Positions 12,134 through 24,256 of a stretch of 35,109 nt of DNA are shown here, one piece after another. Origin of the DNA: Asterionella formosa (Eukaryota); NCBI GenBank assembly GCA_002256025.1, contig NKIB01000125.1:1-35109 (forward strand). The letters run 5' to 3'. Each line of letters starts with the position of its first letter. The first letter of the stretch is position 1. Below the pieces are notes generated by a model. It searched no databases, was not told where the DNA came from, and saw nothing but the letters and a program-made list of their open reading frames with translations. The position numbers and the translations under genes were made by a program.

Positions 12134-12210
12134 AATATTAAAGTATAAGGCGTAGTTAATTTACGTATTTTTCCAGTGACTTGTTTGCCGTCAGACTGTA
12201 TTGGTACTGC

Positions 12211-15200
12211 TTAGCTAGCACCTGCAGCTCCTTCCGCACCCAAAAGCTCTCGTCGTTCATGGAAGTGAAGCGCTTCCAAATGAGCTTGCTCCAAATTGGA
12301 CTGGTCTTGTGACTGTAATGATGAGGTAAACCTCACTCGAAGATGTTCGTTGTTAGACAAAGTTGTTTGGAGTCGATGAAGTGTTCCACCTGCACTTTGT
12401 TGTAGGACTCGGTCAGTTCGGTAGTTGGCCAAGCACCACTCAAGCATTTGATAACAATTGGGCGTCCACAGAAGTGTCAAGTGGAACTCTTCTGTCAGTG
12501 AGAGGTTATGTAGAACCAAACAGGCACGGTTCAATATGGCCTCACTTGAGCAAAAGTTCTTCATGGCTTGGACGACAAGGTTGGTAATCTGCTCAACGTG
12601 TTCGTCTAAAACCTCCTTCTCGGTAGGATTGTTTACGTCACCGAGTTGCTCTTGAAGTGCAGAATTGACCTCGTCAGGGAGGCTGACCGAGGGAATGACT
12701 AAATTGATCAGCGCAAATAAAGCTCGGAACTGAACTTCCACATCGTAGGGGTGCTGAATCATTGCATTCGCAACAACTTCAATTCCTCCAAGCTTGACAA
12801 GTACGGCTTTCTGGGATGGAGCAAGTGCGATGTTGACCAACGACCAACAACTCATGGCTTGCAAAACTTCATCAGTTTGGAATCTTCGCATTGAGTCAAG
12901 CATTACAGCAATTCCGTTTTTGTCGTTTCTGGATCCATTATTGAAAATACCAGAGGAATTGACCATGGAACTATGAAATAACATTCCTTCCTTGCCTCCA
13001 AGGGGTCGAGCAAGAAGCACAATGGTGTGGAAGGCAGCAGTGTGTAGACTGACGCTGTCGGGGAAAAGAACCATGCCTCGCAAGACAATTTCTGTGAGAC
13101 CAGCAAGCGGGGCCGTGGTTCGCTGAGTTTCATCTTCGAGCAAAGATGGCAGAACCTTGAGGCACATTGTTTGGATTCCCTCTACATCAGCAAACGCGAC
13201 CATCCAGTTCACTATTGAATAGATGGCGCAAGACCAAGGCAAATTGACATTACCCGCCTTGCCACTTCTGGACGGGCCAAGGAGTCTGGCCGAAAGTTGG
13301 GAGAGACCAAAAGTCACCTTTGGAGGGATAACTTTATTCGACTTATTTCTGCCTCCAGGCTATGCAAAGATAGTGAAATAAGCACGTGAGCAAATGTTTG
13401 CGAATGTATGGGACATCAATGCACAGCTTACTTACCATACCAGAACTGTCAATAGAGCTTCCATCATCGTTTACTCCGATTGGGTCATCTATGGTGTCAC
13501 ATTTCTTCGCTACTTTGATTCGATTCCGCTTATTCTTGACAACGATGCCTCTTGCCCTATGTAGGAATCGCTTCAGGCTTTCGTTACTTCGAAGGGGGAG
13601 TGCGTTGAGATCAGCACCACCGTAATCGATAACAGAGGGAGCACGGCCATTGATTGCATCATCCTTAATTCTTGCTAGATACTTCATGCAACGAACAAAG
13701 GATGTGTAGAGAAGGCGGTAACGGCCAAGTAAATGTTTGACATCAGGCTCAAAGTTCATTGGGTAGGACGTCATGTCTTCATCACCACTATCTTGTTCGT
13801 CAGAGTCGAATTTCGCATTAAATGGTGGCGTCAAACAAAGAACGCGCCAAAGATCCTGGGGTCTGGTGAAGTTTTGGTGCCATTCTTTCGAGAGTGGCAT
13901 TGTGAGCAAGTCATGGATGTTTGGTGGTTCAAGGTATGACATGCAATATGCCATTAGGTCGCTACTCAAAATAAAAAGTGGTGACTTCCCATCAATCATA
14001 CACGAGGCGCTTGTCGCGCCACTGGAAGGGATCGAAGGTGCCAACTTTGCTGCAGGCTTTTTGTCCATATCATCTTCATAATTCTTCTTCCTTGCCAACT
14101 GGTAGTTGTCCTGCAGGGAGGATTGGTTTTGCTCCTGGACAGTCCGTCTTGTCGCTGCCATCATTTTTGATTCCAACACATCGACTTTGACTTCATTACA
14201 TGGCTTTTTCGATCGACGTCGTCTTGACTTGGGTGCAAGCCAACTATTCAAAGTGATTCGGGCAAGCTCTGCTGGATCGATAGAGCTCATGTTCATTTTC
14301 TTGGCAGCGCTGCGAATACTTCCGGAGGAATATCCATAGTCGGATCCAAAATCCAAGAAATCAGAAGAGCATGAAATAGCTGAATTATTATCAAGGTCAC
14401 TGGCCTTGCGCTTATTGCTGCACTGGTCCCCTTCTCGTCCTCGCGATGTGGACTCGTCCTCCGATGACAAGGATGACGTAGTATCCTGTTCACCCACATA
14501 ACCACCTTCAGTCCCACTGCCAGTGGACATTATACTGCTAGTAGAAGAAACACTGGTGGAAAGTCGTGGCTTCTTTGCAACCGGTGTATCTTTCATGTAG
14601 CTCTGTTGAAGGAGAGGAATAGGATCATCAGGAGCGAGCAAAATTAAGCCCGTATTTCTGTGAGATGACGTGTTTGGCTTTTCCTCACTTCTTGAAGAGC
14701 TCGTGTTTGCTGATTTCCTTGCCAGTTTCTTGTTCCTTTTATCGCTGTCACCTTCACTTGAATAGTAGAGGAAGTTCGCATTATTGGGGGAGCTACTGCA
14801 TGGGGGTGGTAACAAAGCAACCACAGCGGACGCAGTCTTTCCATTTGTCCCAATTGATGTTTCAATACGGTCGTCTACATGAACTGTCAAGCCATATTCA
14901 TCACTGATTACAGCCGAAGTGTTGATGCTTGCCCGCAAAGGGCTTTGGACATCGGATTGCCGAGATGTGCGTGCGCTAAGGTCGTGGTAGTTTTGAGATT
15001 CGGTCAACGCTTCATGAGGGAATTCTTGGCTTGTCCTTGTGTGTGTAGACGAGTATCGATCTTCTCCCGAAGAAACCGCAGATGTCGAAGCCGTCACTAA
15101 AGCAGCTCCTGAATCCGAGCTAACCGCGTTGCTTCCCGTGCTCCATGATACCCGCTCGTCGCGGCCCAGAGAATCTTGTAGACTGTCTGAATCGGAGCTA

Positions 15201-15640
15201 TTCTTATGGTGGTAAGTTTTCTTTGTTTCCCGTGTATTCACCACTAATCCTGCCTGTCTACGAGAACGCTTCATACGTTCCGTCGATCTATCGGTGATAC
15301 AGTCCCCACATCTTTGATGGCGAGAAGAAACGTCGATGGAGAAGGAAAGTGTAACCTCAGACTGCTTTTGTTCGCTTGCTCCCTCCATTGCACACTCATG
15401 CTGTGGTCGCTGAGCACATTCCATTGTATCGACCGAGGAATCGTTGGCGAACTCCACGACTGTATTGTTGACTTTTGGGCATGGAAACCCACGTTGTTCC
15501 AAAATTTCTGAATCTAACTTGAACGGTGATGGTGGTTGCCCCGTTGGTTGATGCTGTGAATCTTGTTGCTGTCCTCTAAGTTTCCTGGAGAGATGGTTGC
15601 TGCCCAGGTTGACCGACATGGCCTCGTCTGAAGTATTCAT
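12211..15640 (-). CDS. F-box-like plus armadillo-repeat protein with a long Ser-rich N-terminus, about 1117 aa, 2 exons
   Basis: Exons 15640-13436 and 13359-12211 are joined in phase 0 across a GTAAG...TAG intron (13435-13360), reading SSGM|PGGRNKS. F-box-like LFILSSDLMAYCMSYL...LSKEW...DLWRVLC. ARM-like repeats GIAVMLDSMRRF..VLQAMSCWSLVNIA, GGIEVVANAM..VQFRALFALINL and ILNRACLVLHNLS. Confidence 0.78.
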
Positions 15641-16853
15641 TGTTGATGTTTCGTAGTTGCAATGATTGTTTTAATTATATGATAGAATTGATGGGACGAC
15701 CGTACCGGGTAATCACCTTGTGAATAAAAGCAGATGGGCAGCTGTACATATGATGTCTGTCGAGTTCCACACTTTAAAATGCAGTTTTTGTCCGCAAGAA
15801 GGGAACCGCAGATGTCTGTTCTTCTCCGGGATCCGGGTTCGCTTAAAAACGAAAGAAAATCTGCTTTCGAAATCTGTACCTCTCAGTTCAATTGTTTCGC
15901 GAAATAAGCAAACAAACTCTTCGCTTTTTAAAATTTATAGCAAATACAAAGATGAGGATGGTAGCAATGAACAATGGATGCTCTCGCAACCACCTTTACT
16001 GACGAAAATAAACAATTATCTGGGATCGACAAGAAAATCAAGAGGAATGTTTTTCTTGGCCGGCTTCTCAAGACACGTCACGGTTCGCAGCTTTTAGTCG
16101 CTTGCCATGGAGTCACTGGTCGATGACGACAGACACGTGAATAGGGAACAAACAGATGGCCAATCGTGAGAAGCCTCCCCATGCTGAGTAATGAGGTCAT
16201 GCAACCTGGATTCAATCCTGATAATTAAAACCAAGCGATGTCAACCTCCTTCTTTACATGCATACATAAATGGGAAATTTTCGCATTCTCAATCCACATG
16301 ACACTACCAGGTACCATGCTGATGGTCGTTTTGGTTTAAAAACATCATTCCCACGAAAAATCACGGATCGATGAGCAGGTCCATTATATCGGTACTGGAG
16401 CATGTCTGAAAAGAATTTCATCTTTTCGCTCCTCCTGTTGGTGCATATAATACTCAGCGTACATTTACATTCACGCTGGGCAATGCAACAGCTTGGATTC
16501 ACTCGTCTCGTACGCACGCAATTCGTTGTCATCGTGGTGTTAAAATGACAGCAGCCAGAATCTGTGAAGGCTCCCAGTTTACTATGTATAAATACACAAA
16601 GCAAGTGGAAAGAGACTACCCTGGTACCTGGGACCATCTCACCAGGGTGTACCACGTAACATGTACCGGTACCGGTAAGCAAACGATCCATCGTTAGGAA
16701 GGAAAGAAATCTGTTATTATGGATATAGAGCTGCCTCAAGCGCAGCCAGTTTACTAGGAATGTGGTCTCTAGATTGTCTATGCCGGTACCTGGTACCTAG
16801 GTACAAAGCGAATTTTGAAGGCTACGTGTGCATGTCGCCATGAGTGCTACCAG

Positions 16854-16996
16854 ATCCAGGCGCTGTCGGGTGAGCGATGCAGACCTAATACGGTAATGGT
16901 ACCAGGTACCTACCTGGTGCCTGGTACCGGTACTCGGAGTGAGAGTACTACCTGGTACCAGGTAACCCATCCAGGAGCTGTCGGGTGAGCCATGCA
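16854..16996. repeat. Pair of 28-bp direct repeats around a GGTACC-rich spacer
   Basis: atccaggcgctgtcgggtgagcgatgca (16854-16881) and atccaggagctgtcgggtgagccatgca (16969-16996) are 26/28 identical. Confidence 0.75.
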
Positions 16997-17532
16997 AGAA
17001 TCAATCCAAAAAAATAAGTCATGCGGTTTTCAGCTTCTTTGTTGTGTCCTGATACATACATTTATCATGACACGTTTGTGTCAGAACGTGCCCTTCCTAT
17101 TACCTGGTACTCCGTACCCTGGTACCTTGTACCTGTAGACCATGAAGTTTCATCATCCATCTGCTCAATTATGCATCCCAATTCTTGTATCATTATTCTC
17201 TCCTGCCGTCACAGGCGCAGCTTCACTCAATCAACAATTAGGAATCCCAACTACTAGGATCTGTCGGTGCAACACACTATTGTATATGTAATCAATGTTT
17301 CCTTCAGCCACCGTAGGCAACACACTTTTCATGGCGGTGGTGCCCACTACACAGTTTATAGGAGGCGACTTTGAAGTCCCTAGTTATACTAAATTACAGA
17401 ACATGCCAATCAATTCTCGTGAATTAGCATCAGTCCCATCCTCATCATATACCCGGTATTTGATATCCATGCAGCCATGCCTAATAATTGTTAAACGTTG
17501 ACTTGGTACTACTGTGAGAATTTCGACAGCAT

Positions 17533-18900
17533 CTAGACAAGAACTGCCATTCAGATTTCCGCAGCCAATTCTTTGGATTCTCGAGTTGGGCCTTTGCCAC
17601 CACAACCTAACCATCCACCAGTGGAAGAACTCAGAACAACCCCGGTTATCGCTGGATTCTCTCCAGGGAAGCATTCCCACACTCTCAAATCGTACATTCC
17701 TTTTCACAGTCTGGCAGGTTGATCATATCAGGTGAAATCCATTCCACTCCCAGCCTTTCTTCCTTTCCCTTCATGAGCCGCTCGTCAGCGGCCTTAAAAT
17801 CATTTTCATATCCCCCTAGGAAAATATTTCAGCAGCTGCCAAGACTTCATCCAAATCAAAGGGACGAGCAAAGCCGATGCTAATCATGCGAATACCTCTC
17901 GCTTTCCATGCGTCAAGAGCGACAAAGCCCATTGGTGAATAAATTAAACAAGCCACTGTTGTGGATGGCGCATAAAGCATGCCTCCCTTATCCATAGGCG
18001 AAATGTTGAAGACGCCCATATCCAACTCCAAGGCGCGCTTCATAGCCGCCTTATTACCATGTCCATCACAAGTGTCAGACGTTCCTTCTGCGTGGTAATC
18101 TCCAAAATAGTGACAGTGAATATTGATCAGGGAAAATTTTCCGAGTTGATCAGCGTCAATATATTCTTGCCAGTCCCATGAGTCGTAAAGCCAATGTGTT
18201 TGATTTTGCCTTCCTTCTTATACTGCTGAATGCTCGCCATGCACATCTGCATCAGATAGAATCCATTCAATTTGTTCCTTCTTCGAGATACAATCAGCTG
18301 CAAACAAAATTATGTATCCGAGTTTCACTCCAAATGTCTGCCAGGATTGTGCAAATACAGCTTCAAACTCCTTACGTGTCGCTTTTGGAGGCACTTTGGT
18401 TTGAAGAACAAAATCTTTTCGTTCAATAACTCCAGATTCCATTAGTTCGAAAAGGGCCTGGGCAAATTGGTATTCACTACTATAGTTCCGTAGACCGGAG
18501 CTATTTCAAACTGATTGATCCCCACATTTAACCACAGTTGAATCGCTTCCTTAAGTTTGCCTGCGATGCGCTTTTGAGAATTCGCGCACTGCTTGGTGCA
18601 ATGGGTAAATTATCTGGCATCCAAGTTTGTTGAAGCCTCATTCCTCCACAAGTAACAATGGGAATCTGAATCTCTATCTTGCCGAAATGGTTTGTGGGAC
18701 CACAGAGTCATTAGAAAGCATAGTGACGGTATGTACCAGAATATGAGTGATCTCCACCAACTCCATCTCGGACACGCCCTCTTCTGTGTGCCAATAGGTC
18801 AGCTGGCAAACCATTTTCATTAGTGAATCATTGGAGACTCTTTTGATGTGCTTTGCAAGAATAGCAGAGACTTTGGGAACTGATGACAAAACTGCCACGA
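17533..18900 (-). pseudogene. Aldo/keto reductase (COG1453-like, cyanobacterial-type) pseudogene
   Basis: Collinear fragments in shifting frames: FGKIEIQIPIVTCGGMRLQQTW, GINQFEIAPVYGT(fs)SEYQF, RKDFVLQTK, KKEGKIKHIGFTTHG, KRALELDMGVFNISPMDKGGMLYAPS, ISIGFARPFDLDE, then YDLRVWECFPG to a TAG at 17533-17535. There are several frameshifts and premature stops. The 5' boundary is approximate. Confidence 0.8.
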
Positions 18901-20619
18901 CAAATTTATAAGTGCTGCTACATACATACACATGTGCGTTGAAAGGATAGAGCAACAGGAGAGAGTCAGAGAGAATCAGGTGTGCAATGTGGAGGAGGAA
19001 TGTGACAAAGTCAAAAGGATGGGAGGTTTTGTGTAAATGCTTTTCTAGATTTGTTTCATTCTTACAACCCTGATTTCCGCATAATTCAAGTACCCCACAA
19101 AATAGTAACGCCTCACGCCAATGCAACAACTGTGGAGGTGTGTAGCGGCAGCGGTAACAAACAATATGTTGCTGTTTGCCATTGTGCCACAGGACACCAA
19201 CCAGATAATCTACAAAAGCAGCAATTCCTGCTCTAGTTATATGTAAAATGTATCATTGTGCTGCCCTCCGTCTAAAGTACCTGGTACTTCTTATTCACAC
19301 CCTGAATTTTAGGTCAAACCAACACCTAAAAAATGGTCAGTACAAAATGTACACATGAGAATGACTTCTACCTCAGGTGGATTACACCCATCCATACCTA
19401 ATACAGAAAGTACTGATAATACATTGCAGGGGGAAAAACTATTGTCAATATGTATGATGCAGACAATCAATTATAAACTCACCATCACTTCATTTCAACC
19501 TCAACCATATGATAGAATGTAGATGAAATGATTCATGAATGAGCTATAAGTAGTGTCAGTACTACTTGTTCTGTTGAAAATTGTTGACAACATTCAACAA
19601 TGTTGGCCTGATTCTTTGGTTGGCTGCTTGAACCAAATTAATCCCTTGTTCATTTTAATAACTACAAGTAACAATTCATTAGCATCAAAATTTCAAAATC
19701 AGAGTTTTGATGTTAACGTTGTAGTCTTTAGTAGTAGATTTATCCATACTGCTAGGTTGTTTGAATAATGTGAGATTAGCTTCATGCAATCCTTGCATCG
19801 CTCATGAAGCCTCAATGATAGGCTTATGGAGCGAGTTCAATCATCTCTTAATCTATCAAAGAATCATGTTATTCGTGTGAATTTTGAACTACCTGACCTG
19901 ATTTATCAGCTTGCAACAAATGCTGGACCCTCAGTGACAAATCTCATGACATGGTGAGGATAGAGAATCCAGAAATCTTGATTCAATTCAACAATCAAAA
20001 ATGCGCCAGAGTTTAAAACTTGAAGTCGGTAAATAATAGACAAACTCATTTGAAGGGTTTGGGATTTTCTAGCGATAAGAACAGGGTGGTTATTCAATGA
20101 TAGCTGGCAATCAATTGGGCTTGAATTGGCAACGAAAACGAAGAAAAATGACTCTATACTAGGCATGGACGGTAAACAGAATAAATCAGAAGACTACATA
20201 ATCAAACGAATATTTTCATGGATGTTGTGATATCTAGTCATCAACATTCTATTTTAAAAACACATCCACACATGCAATGAGTTGTTATAATGGTGGCCGC
20301 ATTATCAACATGCAACTGTCACAACATACTACAACCAAAATTTCACTTACAAAATTTGGCTGCATATTAGCTAGTATTTCAGAGATTGACGAGACAGCAT
20401 GGACTTCGGTTGATTGCTGTGATAAGCAATTGTCAATTCATACAAATGAGCACAACCATAGCTAGCAACGACAAAAGTGAGCTATGGCAAACTGTAGACT
20501 GATCATATGGTTTCGCAATATTTAGTGACAAGGATAACGAAAAGTTCATGTTGACAAGATTCTACAAAAAAAACACACTGGTGCATACTGACATGTATGT
20601 ATGTGCATCCATCAGGAAC

Positions 20620-20808
20620 CAGGTAGCCTGGTACCGGTAACAGGTAGCAGGTAGCAGGTAGCAGGTACTCNNNNNNNNNNNNNNNNNNNNNNNNNNNNNN
20701 NNNNNNNNNNNNNNNNNNNNNNNNNNNNNNNNNNNNNNNNNNNNNNNNNNNNNNNNNNNNNNNNNNNNNNNNNNNNNNNNACAGGTAGCAGGTAGCAGGT
20801 AGCAGGTA
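20620..20808. repeat. (TAGCAGG)n heptamer array, interrupted by the Tc1/mariner-type element and resuming at 23938-23958
   Basis: ggtagcaggtagcaggtagcaggta on the left and tagcaggtagcaggtaccggt on the right of the insertion. The block appears twice around the 20671-20780 gap. Confidence 0.7.
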
Positions 20809-21599
20809 CTCCCTCTGTCCAATAACAGTTGCATCGATAATTCAAATTTATCTGGGGCTATTTTAACTCCTACGATTTTCTCCGGCTCAATTGACCTATT
20901 GTGCGGCTTGCTCTAAGCTACAGAATCATGTACATATTATACATAGAAAGATTAAAATTGGCAACTACATTTCAAAAAATGGTTTTTGGGCTTTTTGATT
21001 TTCACTTATGGCTATCTCGAGCAAAATGCAGATGCAAGAGGACCCAATTTTCTTCGAACCATCTATTCTCAACATACTTACAAAGTACGATATATCAGTA
21101 GAACAACGTCAACTTGCGTGAAATTATGGAATTCACAACCCCGAAAGTGGTGATGACGGGAAGGAAAAAACGACGGTATGCTCGTTTTGAGGATTGTAAC
21201 CGTTAAATATCCGGCAGTATGGTCCATGTAGGTGCAACAACCATAGAAACTATACCGAACAACAATTTTTCTATTCACGTTATAATTATGATAGTGGCTT
21301 GTTGTATTTGGTTTCCCGCAAATATTTGACTGGCCGGCCGATGTGAAACAGCAGTTGGCGATATGTACATGTATGCAATAAATATGCATATGTTATATTG
21401 GCTGGTTTTGATTAATTTATTTATATGCTAATAAATTAATTTCTGAAACCGATTGTATGCGTCTGCAAATAAAAACCATCATATTCCCATGATGCATCAT
21501 AGGGTTGTGATCATCTGATCATAATTTTTCGTTATATCATCTAATAATTTTGATAAATGCTCTTGTAATTTAAATAGTAACCCTTTTGACTATGTATAT

Positions 21600-22238
21600 T
21601 TAATTATTATATGTATTGTTTCCATTAGATTCCTGTATATGAATTTCTTGGTAGGATAATGTACCAGCTAAAGTAATGTAATTTGGCTCGTCGTCTCCAT
21701 CCGTCATCACTCCGATTTTTGCAACAACAACGAAACACTAGCGATGACAATTGGAATGATTGTTTGCGATAACGTCTTCAATTTTTGGACGAATGTCCTT
21801 CATCATTATCATTGTGGTTTGCCGCAGGAAAATTTTGATATCCATATCGTCATTTTCTTGTTGGAACTGTCCGTTGCCTCAAACCTGCTTAGCGTGTGCG
21901 TACACACAATGTCGACTTGTTTTCATTGGTATGTTGTTCTTGTAATCACTGTTGAACTTGTCCGCATCTTTGTTACCATCAATAGAGCGACAAGTGGATC
22001 TCTTCATTGCTGTTTGCTCCTGGAAAAGTCGGCGTCCGTGTCAACATCAATAGAGGGACAGGTGTCCTTCATCTTTGTGGTTTGCCACTGGAAAAATTGG
22101 TACCCATATCGTCATTCGCTCGTTGGAACTGTCCCTTGCCTCAAACCTGCTTAGTGTGTGTGTATGTACACTGTCAACTTGTGTACATTACAGCAGTGAC
22201 TTAGCTACTAAAGTGCGTGTTGTAATATCATACTCCAT
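21600..22238 (-). pseudogene. Decayed ORF of unknown function with an internal duplicated motif
   Basis: ATG at 22238. A degenerate direct repeat (about 21860-21920 versus about 22123-22182) translates QVDSVHTHTLSRFEARDSSNERMTIWVP and QVDIVCTHTLSRFEATDSSNKKMTIWIS. It is interrupted by stops and frameshifts. Confidence 0.35.
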
Positions 22239-22650
22239 AGTACAATACAGAATACAGTTCCCAATCAACATTGAATGATTGATAAGATGATAATGTGATG
22301 TTACAATAGGGTTACATCGATACATACAATCCCAATATATGATACGTAATATTGAATAATGTTTATCACATAGCTATGATACATTGATCATAGAACAATG
22401 ATGATTTCTTAAAATGTTTATGATTTATTTTTAATCAAAATATGATCATGTTAAAATAATACAATGATAATAATATACCATAAAATATGAACACAAGTGT
22501 TATCAATGCATCATAGAAGAAAGATTGATTAATCATAAAGTATATTATCATCTTAACAATACAAGACGTGCCGATTTGAGAGTTTCTCAGAATTTTATAA
22601 AGTACGACACTTGGTATATTTATATATTTACAAATTTTATAACTATATAC

Positions 22651-23497
22651 ATGGCAAATATATTTGAAATCGTTCTGTCATGTTAACAAACAATGCCTGC
22701 TTCGTGAAAAGAAATATCGTAGTAAAGCATACAACAAGGAAAGTTTACGCAGCAATACATAACGAAAAACATTGTGGCTTCGACACATTGCGCCTTCGAA
22801 GGATGGAGTATGTTTAAGGTAATGAAGCCATCAATGTGGTACGTGGATGGCAATCATTGTGAGGACAACAACAAATAGTAAACTAAACGAACGTTTCCTT
22901 TCTTCTGAGTTGATTCAATAGCTCATTTCGCTTGCTGGGGAGCACCAATGTAAAACAAAACAAAATTGGTAAGTGCTCTTGTCGTTGGACCTATTCACTA
23001 CTGTTGGAATATAACTGACAGACACGTTTACCTTCTTTCAAAGTTAAGCTAACGAAAATGAATTAGTAAGTTTTATTCGACAACATTGGATACCTGAAAC
23101 TTACTTTTTCAAGAATTTACTGACAATTTACTATCACAGACATATGCATCAGTTGTTTTCATTTGTGGTAAGTGAAGCAAGCAAGAGGATACGATGGAAT
23201 GGCGTGATGTTGTGTCAGTGTAACATGACTAGCTAACAAGTCATTCCTTCTCATTGTTACTGTAACTGCATAGGACAATAAAACCAATGAAACAACGGAA
23301 TAGTCGGCGAGTTCAGAGTGACACTAACAGCAGGGAAAGGTACACAACAATATTAGGCACTGCCTGACACAAGATTCAGAATAGAGGAAGAAAAGGGTGA
23401 GACAGGAATATACATTGAGACGAGTGGAGAGGAGAGAAACATTCCTTGGGTAGCTCTCGAAACAGAAACATCATTGTTAAATTTGTTAATTAAATAA
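22651..23497 (+). pseudogene. Decayed 4-exon gene of unknown function
   Basis: Canonical GT-AG introns at 22819-22921, 22969-23043 and 23168-23273 (two with GTAAGT donors; CTGAC/CTAAC branch-like motifs). Splicing keeps one frame from ATG 22651 into exon 4, with scattered stops and one late frameshift. Confidence 0.5.
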
Positions 23498-24256
23498 AGA
23501 TCCATTCCAATCCGTTTTGAACAATCCTTGTGATTATTATTAAGATCATGTTTAAGATAGATATACGATGAAACAATTTACATGATAGCATAGAGTTTAG
23601 CTGATTTTAGGATGCGTTGTAGTAATAATAAACATTTGGCAATCACGAGAAGTGAAAATAAAATGAGAATGTTTATGATATTGATAAGAAATGTTTTTGA
23701 TCAGTTGATATACATTGTGTGATGATAATGTTCTTATTATCATTATACTTCAAGTTCGGTAAAATATTAATAAATCATCATAGTTACAGGATACCTTGAT
23801 CATATTTTGATCCAAAAATTGTCATATATATGAAAGTCAAGTGCCACTTAGCGTACGATACCATTGATCCTATATGCATGACACTTTTTATTTGCAGACG
23901 TGTTCACGTCGATGCAACTGTTATTGGACAGAGGGAGTAGCAGGTAGCAGGTACCGGTCCGTATTATTCCATAATATCATAAAAGTCATAGCTGCCTGCT
24001 GTCCAGTATAATTTTCTATATATCTACCGGTACATTCATCTCCATGTCCAGAATTTATATACTGGAAAGTCCGGTAATCAGCGCACATAGCGTGCAGGTT
24101 GCTCGTTTTCTGTTCATCAATTCACATACGAGAAAAGGCATGGGTACACCCCCAAAAAATTTCGAATCCCTAAATTTTGCGCCACTCTGTTATTCTTTAA
24201 ATAGTTGTTTACGTAGACGTTAAGCCGTTAGTCGTTTTATTGTCAAAATGAACTTG

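Larger units (their letters stand above)
21460..23900. mobile_element. Putative nested element bounded by 16-bp perfect inverted repeats
   Basis: CGTCTGCAAATAAAAA at 21460-21475 and TTTTTATTTGCAGACG at 23885-23900. AT-rich ATCAT/ATGAT-laden interior. No clear TSD. Confidence 0.55.
20809..23937. mobile_element. Non-autonomous Tc1/mariner-type (Stowaway-like TIR) DNA transposon, 3129 bp
   Basis: Perfect 29-bp TIRs CTCCCTCTGTCCAATAACAGTTGCATCGA at 20809-20837 and 23909-23937, flanked by TA on both sides (20807-20808 and 23938-23939). No transposase ORF inside. Confidence 0.9.

Noticed and set aside
16854..16996. Repeat-spacer-repeat resembling a mini CRISPR array
   Set aside because: Only two repeats, a low-complexity 87-bp spacer, eukaryotic context and no cas genes.
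19556..20166. Possible decayed minus-strand gene with many TGA stops
   Set aside because: Stop density is close to what AT-rich random DNA gives and no recognisable motif is present. It cannot be supported without a homology search.
20640..20811. Identical 31-bp sequence on both sides of the 20671-20780 gap, looking like a duplication or long TSD
   Set aside because: Both contig ends read acaggtagcaggtagcaggtagcaggtactc. This is most simply an unmerged contig overlap.
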